The translations under genes were made by a program, and so were the position numbers. A model generated the notes under the pieces. It saw only the letters and a list, made by a program, of their open reading frames with translations, was not told the origin of the DNA and did no database searches. Shown one piece after another: positions 1 through 8,010 of a DNA stretch of 64,000 bases. How positions within the stretch are numbered: the first letter of the stretch is position 1; each line of letters begins with the position of its first letter. This DNA comes from Blastocatellia bacterium (GTDB lineage Bacteria > Acidobacteriota > Blastocatellia > UBA7656), in contig CAVXWP010000002.1 of assembly GCA_963765495.1 (NCBI GenBank), positions 96,001-160,000 of the forward strand. The letters run 5' to 3'.

Positions 1-778
1 TCTCCACCCTTGAGAAATTCGGATAGCAGTTTCCCGAGTAGATATTCAGCACCTTGCCCTCAATCTGCTGCTGTGCCATCTCCGGAGACATAACGCTCAT
101 CACGTCTTCGACATAATCAGCAGGCAGATGATAATTCTCGCGGCTGTCGGCGGTCACAACTCGAACCTTTGGATCTTCCTCAATCTCACCAAACCAGTTC
201 AGACCATCGGGCGAGCTGGTCAGCCAGCCCTCCAATCTGTCTACCCTGCCATCACGGTGACGCTCCCGGATAGTCCTGTATGCGGCCTGTTCCATATCCT
301 TTGCCTCATCCAGCCAGAACCAACCGCATTTGAATCCGTCCCAGGTCTTATAGCCCTTGTTCTCAGCAGCGCGGCAAAGCACCTCCACCCTCTCCCACAG
401 ATAGAGCACCTTCTTTTTGGCCGCAGCCTCCGGAGTCTTAGGATGAATCGCCACGCCATACGACTTTGCGACCTCATACAGACCCGTCAGTGTGGATTGC
501 CAAAGCTGAGTGTATGTGTTAGCTCCGATGAAGCCCCTCACCTCTGGATTGCGCGCGGCCTTCTCAATAGCGTAATGAGCGCCGATCCACGACTTGCCCG
601 ATCCGATCCCGCCGCGATAGCCCACATACTTGGCCTCTTCCTGATCGAAGTAGCCTACAAACTGAACCTGCCCGGGGATGGATTGCTTGCCTGGAGGAAA
701 CAGCCTCGCGCGGATCTCCCCGCCGGTTGGAATGATAATCAACCGCTTGCCTGCTCGTCTTGTCCAGCCTAAAGCCAT
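1..778 (-). CDS. Phage terminase large subunit, N-terminal ATPase domain (runs off window start)
   Basis: Hand translation of the minus strand from ATG 778 down to position 181: MALGWTRR...YRGGIGSGKSWIGA (Walker A)...GANTYTQL...WFWLDEA (Walker B)...TSSPDGLNWF (motif III-like). Not in the ORF track, consistent with an ORF open to the window edge. Confidence 0.9.
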   Translation of the reverse strand, partial: MALGWTRRAGKRLIIIPTGGEIRARLFPPGKQSIPGQVQFVGYFDQEEAKYVGYRGGIGSGKSWIGAHYAIEKAARNPEVRGFIGANTYTQLWQSTLTGLYEVAKSYGVAIHPKTPEAAAKKKVLYLWERVEVLCRAAENKGYKTWDGFKCGWFWLDEAKDMEQAAYRTIRERHRDGRVDRLEGWLTSSPDGLNWFGEIEEDPKVRVVTADSRENYHLPADYVEDVMSVMSPEMAQQQIEGKVLNIYSGNCYPNFSRVE

Positions 779-1081
779 CGCACTTTTCCCGAGTGGCGAA
801 GTGTGTAAGTCGTTTCAACCTCACTGAAAGCGCGATCACCTCACCCCACCACTACTATTTGCAACACTTACCGTCTCAACAAATCAAACTTCGCAGTTTC
901 TAATTCTGCGAAATTCATTCTCTGCCCATCAGATCGACCCCGCGCTGCCCACTCGCGCACCAGTGAGAGGCCCCGGCTCGCATTCAGAGACTTGCGGGCG
1001 CGGCCCTCTCACCCTGTTTTTAACAAACCCCGTTTTGAAACTTTTCACGAATTTCTCTCCGCAAATTTCTGCAAATAAATT

Positions 1082-1405
1082 TCATCGCCGCCGCTTCTTC
1101 CCTCGCATCACAGTATCCGGCGCGCGCTCCAATGAATCCGCGCCGTGTCCTTCTTCAACAACTTTCTCTACCTTGGTGATCCGCTCTTCGTGATCCTCCA
1201 TCTTGTCTTCGAGCTTCTTCAACGTAGCGGTATTGTGCTCGACCGCATCAACCACAGTCTTGAAATCATTGCGATAGAATTGCACGGCTTGACCGGCGAG
1301 ATTCAATAGCAACAGCGCCACCGCCGCCCACGTCGCTTTCGGTTGCTTGTCTGTAATGGTCTCAGTCGCCGCTTTCTTCGCGCGGGCGGTCCATCCAGTT
1401 TGCAT
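1082..1405 (-). CDS. Small phage membrane/coiled-coil protein (holin- or XhlA-like)
   Basis: Probable start MQTGW; hydrophobic WAAVALLLLNLAG followed by coiled coil LKKLEDKMEDHEERITKVEK. Confidence 0.55.
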   Translation of the reverse strand: MQTGWTARAKKAATETITDKQPKATWAAVALLLLNLAGQAVQFYRNDFKTVVDAVEHNTATLKKLEDKMEDHEERITKVEKVVEEGHGADSLERAPDTVMRGKKRRR

Positions 1406-1868
1406 CGCGTCCACCTCCAATCTGCAACAGAGACAGTTCAAGCCCCGTCAGTATTCGATCAACAGCAATGTTGCAGCGTTCGCACTCCTCGACGTGCTTC
1501 CAGATATCCGACAGAGCCAGGTCTTTCTGCGCCTCTCGCTTTCGTGAATCGTCGTTGCCCTGAATGCGGTGATCCGTCCTGCGATTGTTATCAATCGCGA
1601 TCAGCGCCTTGAGCACTCGCTGTATTCCGATGATTTCAGAAAGAGAGACAACACGAGCAAACGCGAGATTCCGTAGGTAATCAGCTTGCTCGCCTGGGTG
1701 CATCTGCTCTGCCTTTTCGAGAGCATCGAGGAAGTTGCGCCGATCATCGGCATTCAACTTAGGCAGAAGCGAAGCGCCGCGCCGGTTAGTGTTGCCGGGC
1801 TGTCCTCCACGCTTGCGCGGGTTCTTCTTGCCGCCGCCTCTGTCTCCACCGTAGGGGCTTGCCATCAC
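1362..1868 (-). CDS. Probable terminase small subunit
   Basis: N-terminal RKRGGQPGNTN motif typical of TerS-like proteins, helical body, upstream of terL in the same orientation. Confidence 0.6.
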   Translation of the reverse strand: MMASPYGGDRGGGKKNPRKRGGQPGNTNRRGASLLPKLNADDRRNFLDALEKAEQMHPGEQADYLRNLAFARVVSLSEIIGIQRVLKALIAIDNNRRTDHRIQGNDDSRKREAQKDLALSDIWKHVEECERCNIAVDRILTGLELSLLQIGGGRDANWMDRPREESGD

Positions 1869-2072
1869 TCATTCCCTTTCCCGAAGCACGATCACCGTGT
1901 CACAGATGCAGTATGGGTGAGCAGACGGCCTTCCCACTTCACTCACAGGCTGACCATCGTTGTCTTCACAAATGCCGGTAGTGCAGAGAGCAACTTCGCC
2001 AGCAGTATCGTTATTGTTGTCCCGCCACACTTCAACGAATTGAAGCGGCCCAATCACCTCGATTTCGTTCAT
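1869..2072 (-). CDS. Hypothetical phage protein
   Basis: 67 aa ORF tightly packed between the recombinase and TerS-like genes. Confidence 0.5.
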   Translation of the reverse strand: MNEIEVIGPLQFVEVWRDNNNDTAGEVALCTTGICEDNDGQPVSEVGRPSAHPYCICDTVIVLRERE

Positions 2073-2644
2073 AGAATCCCTTCCACAGCAGCAGCAGCAG
2101 CAGCCTCATTCACCACAAGGTAAGCGTGCAGGCTTTCAAGATTGGCGTGCCTCGATAGCTCCATCACCGTTCGCACATCGAGCTTTGAATCAAGCAATCT
2201 CTGCACATAGAACTTTCTTAATGAGTGGGGTGTAATCTTCTTCCTCACATCAGCAGCGAGTCGGATCTCCTTCAATCGAAGCTGTACGGCTCTCGTCGAA
2301 AGATGCCTGCCGTTATAGCCCGGAAACATCCAATCACCCTCATACCAGCCTCTAAGCCATCGCACATAAGCAGAGATCACACCTTTCAATCTGTTCGACA
2401 CCGGCAGTTTCCCGCCCCTGCCTCGCTTCGTATGTTTGCGGTCGAGGTGAAGAATATCTTTCACCTGGCCGTACTCCATAAGCTGGCTCACCCTCAGAGA
2501 CACAAGCTCCGACACACGCAGCCCGGTACCCGCCAGCACTTCAAGCATCGTGAGATCACGAATAGCAAGAGCGCCGCTGGCAGTTCCTACAGCGCCGATC
2601 AGCAGCGTGCATTCTTCGAGGGTGAGGCTATCGCTTCCGCGCAT
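2069..2644 (-). CDS. Tyrosine recombinase, catalytic domain only (191 aa)
   Basis: TGLRVSEL, HTKRG, TPHSLRK and SRHANLESLHAY give the R-K-H-R-H-Y set; no N-terminal core-binding domain. Confidence 0.9.
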   Translation of the reverse strand: MRGSDSLTLEECTLLIGAVGTASGALAIRDLTMLEVLAGTGLRVSELVSLRVSQLMEYGQVKDILHLDRKHTKRGRGGKLPVSNRLKGVISAYVRWLRGWYEGDWMFPGYNGRHLSTRAVQLRLKEIRLAADVRKKITPHSLRKFYVQRLLDSKLDVRTVMELSRHANLESLHAYLVVNEAAAAAAVEGIL

Positions 2645-2646
2645 TG

Positions 2647-2850
2647 TTACTCTCCAGTTGCAACCGGGGCTGGTTCCGGCACAGCCGCCAGAAACTGCCC
2701 TGTAGCTTCGTGGGCCGTCTGTACATAGCTCCGCAGCTTCCGCGCGGAGTCAGAGTTAGGGTTCTTCACAAAAGACGCAAGGATAGTCACCAGCGTCGAG
2801 ATAGCGATTCTCAAAGCAAACTCATTCACCTTCCACACTCCTTTCCCCAA
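2647..2850 (-). CDS. Small membrane protein
   Basis: Hydrophobic FALRIAISTLVTILASFV; packed within the leftward operon; start uncertain. Confidence 0.5.
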   Translation of the reverse strand: MGKGVWKVNEFALRIAISTLVTILASFVKNPNSDSARKLRSYVQTAHEATGQFLAAVPEPAPVATGE

Positions 2851-3092
2851 CCGTACCGCTCAACTTTTTCAGCCTCATCGGCTTCATCAAGGAGCCGCTG
2901 TATCTCACAGGCAGCCTCATCACTTTGCGGGTCGAGGCCCAGGAGCCGAGCGGCATAGTCTGGATTGTTGATTAAAAGTATTTTGTTCAGCACCTTCGCA
3001 GTAGGGAGTAAGCAGTAGGTGGTAGGCAGTTTACTTTCCGTCTCCTGACCAAAGAGCACCTCCGCCTGTTTAGCGAAATCTTCCATAACCAC
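2826..3092 (-). CDS. Hypothetical phage protein (true start probably downstream of the repeat arm)
   Basis: Acidic helical C-terminus overlapping the next gene; the N-terminus reads through the heptamer repeat. Confidence 0.35.
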   Translation of the reverse strand: MVMEDFAKQAEVLFGQETESKLPTTYCLLPTAKVLNKILLINNPDYAARLLGLDPQSDEAACEIQRLLDEADEAEKVERYGWGKECGR

Positions 3093-3125
3093 CCACTGCC
3101 TACTGCCTACTGCTTACTCCCTACT
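3000..3125. repeat. 31-bp inverted repeat (heptamer-based) around a 64-bp spacer
   Basis: AGTAGGGAGTAAGCAGTAGGTGGTAGGCAGT (3000-3030) versus ACTGCCTACTGCCTACTGCTTACTCCCTACT (3095-3125), 2 mismatches. Confidence 0.9.
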
Positions 3126-3164
3126 CCAAAAAAGCACACCTTGATCGAATCTCAATCCTCTGGC

Positions 3165-3194
3165 GTCGTGTCTGTCTTGTTCGTCTTATTCGTC
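3165..3194. promoter_or_regulatory. 9-bp-period direct repeats, candidate operator in the divergent promoter region
   Basis: GTC at 3165, 3174, 3183, 3192: GTCGTGTCT-GTCTTGTTC-GTCTTATTC-GTC. Confidence 0.45.
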
Positions 3195-3271
3195 ACGTCA
3201 AAGAGGGGGTAAAAATCACATAACCTGTGCGAATATAGGCTAGCTCCATTTCAGGAAGTGGGAGGGACGCT

Positions 3272-3526
3272 GTGAACCGCAAGCAACTTGAGCGTGTAGT
3301 CCTCACCGACGCTCTCAGCTACATCAAAGAGCAGACCGGCTACGATTTTGAGCGACGGACATTCTTACACTGGATCGAGCAGGGATTCGTGAAGCTCAAC
3401 GGCAACGAGTTCAATCTGATCGCTGATAAGATCGGAGAGCGGTACTACATCAACCGTGCAAACCTCGACAACTTGATTGTTTTCCTCAACTGGTCCAAAG
3501 AGCAGTACAACACTAACGAGGGGTAA
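3272..3526 (+). CDS. Small HTH DNA-binding protein (Xis/MerR-like)
   Basis: LTDALSYIKEQTGYDFERRTFLHWIEQG...KIGERYYINRANLD pattern; GGAGGG RBS. Confidence 0.65.
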   Translation: MNRKQLERVVLTDALSYIKEQTGYDFERRTFLHWIEQGFVKLNGNEFNLIADKIGERYYINRANLDNLIVFLNWSKEQYNTNEG

Positions 3527-3572
3527 TCAATCGGTGCGCTACGCGGATATTTAATCCGGCAAGACTCACACT

Positions 3573-3860
3573 GATGGAGCGGGCCTGCGGCCCGTCCATC
3601 ACTTTCTAATCTCAGGTGTGACAGATGAAAGGACGCGCGGCAAACAACGCCGCGCGATTGGCCTGCGGCAGCAACGAGGCGATGCAAAAAACGCATCGCG
3701 ATAATGGGCTGTGCGGCAACGCGGTCGGCCCATTATCCGCTCAGGCAAAGGCGGCACATAGCCGCCTCTGGCGGCTACGGTGGCGCTTCGCGCTGCACCG
3801 CCCTTCGGGTTATGCCGCCTTGCCTTCGCAGGTTTGGCCTCCATCGCGTTGCTGCACGCC
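3573..3860. other. Highly self-complementary non-coding element (ssDNA promoter/origin-like or structured RNA)
   Basis: Nested pairings 3668-3684/3842-3855 and 3744-3763/3808-3824 plus local hairpins such as ATAATGGGC...GCCCATTAT and CGCGCGGC...GCCGCGCG. Confidence 0.6.
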
Positions 3861-3996
3861 CCATGCCACAAATCCCCGCCATCAAATCAATTTATTGACC
3901 TGCTTAAATTGATAAGAATTATTCGTTTCCGTTTTGATACCATTATGATACAATAGTGACATCAAGTAACACTCAGTTACAGAAAGGACAACCAAC

Positions 3997-4452
3997 ATGA
4001 AAACCACCACCCAAAGCGACCGCATTGACCGCGCGCTTGAGATAATCAAGGGCGGTCACGTTCTTAAGGTTCAGTATCACGAGCGAGACGCAAACTGGTT
4101 TGTGGCCTCGCAATCAAAACAAGATTTCAACTACAAAGTGGAAAGCGATTCCTGCACCTGCCCGGATGCATCCAGCACAGGGCGACCGGCGCGCATTTGC
4201 AAGCATATGTGGGCCGGTCCCGGCGCTCCGGCAGCTTTGCTCATCTCCAAAATTCGAGCGTGCACCGGCTTTCTGCAATTGCGCGAGATTGCCGAAATGT
4301 ATGCGCCCGCCCTGGCCGATGTGCCTGCTCTGTTCATCCGTGTAGCCCGATCAGAATACAAACTGGCTTGCCGCCGCATTTGCACCCGAATCACTTTTGA
4401 CACCGCACCCGAGCCGGCCTCTCAACAAAGCGAAAGGGGGCTGGCAGCATGA
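3997..4452 (+). CDS. SWIM zinc-finger protein
   Basis: CTCPD...ICKHMWA (CxC-xn-CxH); AGAAAGGA RBS. Confidence 0.85.
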   Translation: MKTTTQSDRIDRALEIIKGGHVLKVQYHERDANWFVASQSKQDFNYKVESDSCTCPDASSTGRPARICKHMWAGPGAPAALLISKIRACTGFLQLREIAEMYAPALADVPALFIRVARSEYKLACRRICTRITFDTAPEPASQQSERGLAA

Positions 4453-4739
4453 ACGGCATTGTTTATCTTCTCCACTTCACCAGTCCCTACAAACACGCCC
4501 GGCATTATGTCGGGTTTACAACCGATCTGGCTGCGCGTCTCGCTGATCACTTCAATGGTCGCGGCGCTCGACTTCTTGAAGTTATCGTTGCCGCCGGGAT
4601 CGGCGCGCAGTTGGCCCGCACCTGGGCAGGCAATCGCAAACTCGAAAGGCAGATCAAAAACAGGAAAGCAACGCCTCGCCTGTGCCCCATTTGCAATCCA
4701 CAAACGGCGCTCAACAATGTGGCGCACTTAAACCACTGA
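4449..4739 (+). CDS. GIY-YIG nuclease family protein
   Basis: IVYLLHF...HYVGFTTDLAARLADHFNGRGA...LERQIK; C-terminal CPIC. Confidence 0.85.
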   Translation: MNGIVYLLHFTSPYKHARHYVGFTTDLAARLADHFNGRGARLLEVIVAAGIGAQLARTWAGNRKLERQIKNRKATPRLCPICNPQTALNNVAHLNH

Positions 4740-4784
4740 TAAAACCGGGGCCGGGCAGACCGGCCCCAGAAAGGACAACCACAG

Positions 4785-5564
4785 ATGCAGGAAACCACCA
4801 CAGATAACCTCAGATGGACGGAGCTGCTAAGTCAGGCGGTTTCACAGCCCGGCTTGCTTCTCAAGGCATATGGCTACTTCCACAACTACAGCTTAGGCAA
4901 TCAGGTAATGGCTTTGATGCAATGCGCGCTCAGACAGATCGAACCCGGCCCGATCAACACATACCCCGGCTGGCTTTCACTCGGCCGACAGGTCCGCAAA
5001 GGTGAACGCGCCCTTGTGCTTTGTATGCCGCTCGCCGCTAAACGCACAAACGACCAGGGCGAGAAAGAGGAATTCATCAAGGCTTTCGCATACAAGCCCC
5101 GATGGTTTGTTATCTCTCAGACCGATGGCGCAGCCTATCAGATGCCGCCGCTGCCCGAATGGGACAAGACGCGCGCCCTGGCCGCTCTCTCGATCACAGA
5201 GGAAGAGTTCACGCACACAGATGGCAATGTGCAAGGCTACGCCACAGCCCGACGGCGGGTTGCAATCTCACCGCTCGCGGCTTTGCCTCATAAGACTCTT
5301 TTTCACGAGTGCGGTCATCTCCTACTAGGCCACACGACAGAGGCAGACTTTAACGACGAGGCCACGCTCCCGAAATCACTGCGCGAAGCCGAAGCCGAAG
5401 CCGTCGCCCTGCTTTGTCTCGATGCGCTCGACCTCGAAGGGGCCGACTTTTGCAGGGGCTACATACAGAACTGGCTCGCAGGTGAACCGATACCCGAACG
5501 CAGCGCACAGCGCATCTTTGCCGCAGCAGATCAGATCATCAAGGCCGGTCAGCTTCCGGCCTGA
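4785..5564 (+). CDS. ArdC-like ssDNA-binding antirestriction protein with metalloprotease-like domain
   Basis: FHNYSLGNQ, TYPGWLSLGRQVRKGERA, FVISQTDG, HECGH (HExxH), REAEAEAVA. Confidence 0.85.
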   Translation: MQETTTDNLRWTELLSQAVSQPGLLLKAYGYFHNYSLGNQVMALMQCALRQIEPGPINTYPGWLSLGRQVRKGERALVLCMPLAAKRTNDQGEKEEFIKAFAYKPRWFVISQTDGAAYQMPPLPEWDKTRALAALSITEEEFTHTDGNVQGYATARRRVAISPLAALPHKTLFHECGHLLLGHTTEADFNDEATLPKSLREAEAEAVALLCLDALDLEGADFCRGYIQNWLAGEPIPERSAQRIFAAADQIIKAGQLPA

Positions 5565-5636
5565 GGGTGGTCCCGATTCGTTGCCAACAATCAACCAGGG
5601 CCGGGGCGCGGTCCCGGCCCAGAAAGGGTAATTGCG

Positions 5637-5903
5637 ATGAGAATGACAACGAGCCAGGGAAGGCAAATCTTCCTTGAGCGATTGAGCCGAGCCGATCTCG
5701 AAGGCTGGATTGAGCGCAACAGCCGGCTCGCGCTTTCAAACTGTCGCGCAGGTCGCGCGACCGAAGCAAACATTTACACGCAGGCAGCAGTGGCCGGCGC
5801 GCGCGAGCTCCTGGCCCGCGATCCGCGCGCTGTCGAGACCCGCGCCCCGCTAGTGAAGCCTCAACTCCCAACAAGCGGCCGTCACGAAGACATCGAGATA
5901 TGA
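5637..5903 (+). CDS. Hypothetical phage protein
   Basis: 88 aa, preceded by the hairpin+AGAAAGG leader. Confidence 0.55.
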   Translation: MRMTTSQGRQIFLERLSRADLEGWIERNSRLALSNCRAGRATEANIYTQAAVAGARELLARDPRAVETRAPLVKPQLPTSGRHEDIEI

Positions 5904-6032
5904 AGCGCATCAAGCGAATAATTCACGAATTGAAACATTGGGGGCCGGGCGCGGGTTGGGTGATGCTCACTCGCGTCTGGCTTCCCAACAAGATCGCACA
6001 GATCAGATGGGCACGCGCCCAGAGGAGGCTAG

Positions 6033-6290
6033 ATGCAAAGAGAGCCAACAGAGAAAGAGAAAAGAGAGAGGATGATTGACCTGGCTATTTCCAGTCTGAT
6101 CACCGCAGCCGAGGCTGTCGTCGAAGATGCCGCGAATAACGGTCAGCCATCTTTGGCCTCGCTTCTCTACCTCAGCCACAAGGTAGTAACCGCGCGAATC
6201 ATTCTGGGATCTCCAATTCCTACAACCGCTATCACCTGGCATTTTCCAGGTGGCAGCAAACGGAGGATGAACAATGCGAAATTATCCTGA
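6033..6290 (+). CDS. Hypothetical phage protein
   Basis: 85 aa, GAGGAGG RBS. Confidence 0.55.
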   Translation: MQREPTEKEKRERMIDLAISSLITAAEAVVEDAANNGQPSLASLLYLSHKVVTARIILGSPIPTTAITWHFPGGSKRRMNNAKLS

Positions 6291-6636
6291 TGAAATCCAC
6301 GCCAAACGACTTGAGCTTATAGACCTCAACGAGCAGATCAGAGACTTGCGCGAAGATCAGAAGAAGATCGAGACACAGGAAACCATCGAGGTTCTCTATG
6401 CAAAAGGTGACAACGAGAAGCCGAGATACACCAACGACACACAGCGCGGCCTCGCCCTCGATCAGGCATTAGAGGCAAACGGCTCATATCAAGTTCAAAA
6501 AATCGACCTGCAAAACCTCGAAAGGAAGCGAGAAGAATTGAATGCCGAAATCGAACGACTGCGGGATCTGTTCAAGGTCGAGAAGATGGAGAAATGGGAA
6601 GTGATCAGCAAGAGGATGGCTAATGCATCGCTCTGA
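6274..6636 (+). CDS. Coiled-coil phage protein
   Basis: 120 aa, heptad-rich, overlaps the upstream gene. Confidence 0.65.
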   Translation: MRNYPDEIHAKRLELIDLNEQIRDLREDQKKIETQETIEVLYAKGDNEKPRYTNDTQRGLALDQALEANGSYQVQKIDLQNLERKREELNAEIERLRDLFKVEKMEKWEVISKRMANASL

Positions 6637-6830
6637 AGAACCCGGCCCCTGGGGTAGCCGGGCGGGCCGGATTACCGATTCGACCCGGCAGCAAAATACG
6701 CCTGGCAGATCATAAAGTCAAGGCCCGACTCGCAACCACCACGAAGCGAGCCGGGCCAGAACAACCAACTTTTCAGTCTTGTATGGAGCAAAGATAACAG
6801 CCCCTCGGGGAGCAGTCAATAGGAGGTTAA

Positions 6831-7196
6831 ATGAAAGTTCTTGCTGTAATGGTTGACGACAAAATTGCGAGAGTCGAAGACGCGACCGGAAAGGTTTTTG
6901 ATCTGGTCACAACTCGACTCACTCAAAAGGGCCTGCTTGAAGAGGCAGCGTTAGAGTTGAAAAAACAGGGATGCGAAGCGGAGCTAAAGGAGTTTGATAT
7001 CAAAGCTCCATACGGTTACTCCAAGGTGCTCAATCGGGCAGAAGGCGCTTCTTTGATCGGCGACGGGCCAAATCCACTTTGCCTTTGTGAAAACGGAATT
7101 TCCCCAATGTTCTGCCAGTTTGGTCATCTTACCGAGTGCCACTATCCAATGAATTGCCGAGAGGCCGAGTGTTCACATCTTTCAAGGTATGAATAA
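6831..7196 (+). CDS. Hypothetical protein with Cys/His-rich C-terminus
   Basis: AGGAGG RBS; CLC...FCQFGHLTECHYPMNCREAECSH. Confidence 0.65.
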   Translation: MKVLAVMVDDKIARVEDATGKVFDLVTTRLTQKGLLEEAALELKKQGCEAELKEFDIKAPYGYSKVLNRAEGASLIGDGPNPLCLCENGISPMFCQFGHLTECHYPMNCREAECSHLSRYE

Positions 7197-7206
7197 GAGG
7201 TGATAT

Positions 7207-7542
7207 ATGATCGCTAATAATGTGAAAACCGATGTGACCTTGATTTCGACATGTCCATATTGCGAGCAGGAAATAGAAACGATTTCCGCTCAGGTGGCGA
7301 ACTTCATACAGAAATACGGTTGTGATGATTGCCGCCTGGGTTCATTTGAAATCAAGTCGGAGTTCCTGACGAGAATTGATCTTCAAAGAGTCCTGAAAAT
7401 CACAAAGCGCCAGGTATATGATCTGGTCCAACGCCGCGCGATCCCCTTCAGAAGAGTAGGGCGTCTGCTCCGATTCTCTCGCAAGGAGATAGACAAATGG
7501 ACGAAGGGTGATTCCGATTCGGAGCGGGCAGCAAATAATTGA
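7207..7542 (+). CDS. Zinc ribbon plus excisionase-type HTH protein
   Basis: CPYC...CDDC followed by LTRIDLQRVLKITKRQVYDLVQRRAIPFRRVGRLLRFSRKEIDKW. Confidence 0.8.
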   Translation: MIANNVKTDVTLISTCPYCEQEIETISAQVANFIQKYGCDDCRLGSFEIKSEFLTRIDLQRVLKITKRQVYDLVQRRAIPFRRVGRLLRFSRKEIDKWTKGDSDSERAANN

Positions 7543-7554
7543 TGGAGGTGTCGA

Positions 7555-7788
7555 GTGAAAGACCCAAGCACTAAGGAGGAATGGCAGGAAGCGGCCGATG
7601 CAGCGCACGCCTGCCTTTTGCTTCACGACGCGCGATTGTAAGGCTTCGTGATAGGCGGCCCGGAGATAAACTCTGATCGCTGCATCCAGATACTCGAACT
7701 GGCTAAAGCCAGGCGGATCTATCCAAGGCCGGATGCCGCCGAGCGATTCATAGCCGAGTTGCAGGTTGCCTACGGAGAAAGCAAATGA
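7555..7788 (+). pseudogene. Small phage gene with an in-frame TAA at 7639-7641
   Basis: GGAGG RBS; MKDPSTKEEWQEAADAAHACLLLHDARL*GFVIGGPEINSDRCIQILELAKARRIYP...; the frame continues to TGA 7786-7788. Confidence 0.55.
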
Positions 7789-8010
7789 AGGGGAGGGTAA
7801 TGTCCTTCTCAAGTATATGAATGTAATAAAATACTATTCGGCAATTGTCTTCGATTCTAATCTTTTTTGCTAAGCATTATGACTCATCTGCTTAGTAGTA
7901 TAACATCTTACCTAAACCGGGGCACAAACCTGCATTTCGTATTCTGCCTATTGCTGCTTAAGTCCTACAGTAAGTGGATGACAACAGCAATGGATGAAAA
8001 GGGTCTAAAT

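Noticed and set aside
128-772. 214-aa plus-strand ORF
   Set aside because: Antisense shadow of the terminase large subunit, which has clear Walker motifs on the minus strand
3599-3912. Several 64-95 aa ORFs in the structured intergenic region
   Set aside because: Ala/Arg-rich, overlapping on both strands and without convincing RBS; better explained by GC-rich palindromic DNA
7915-7980. Possible degenerate att-like site (GGGCACAAA...TTAAGTC) resembling the int-tRNA junction
   Set aside because: Similarity is limited to two short words and no tRNA 3' duplicate follows
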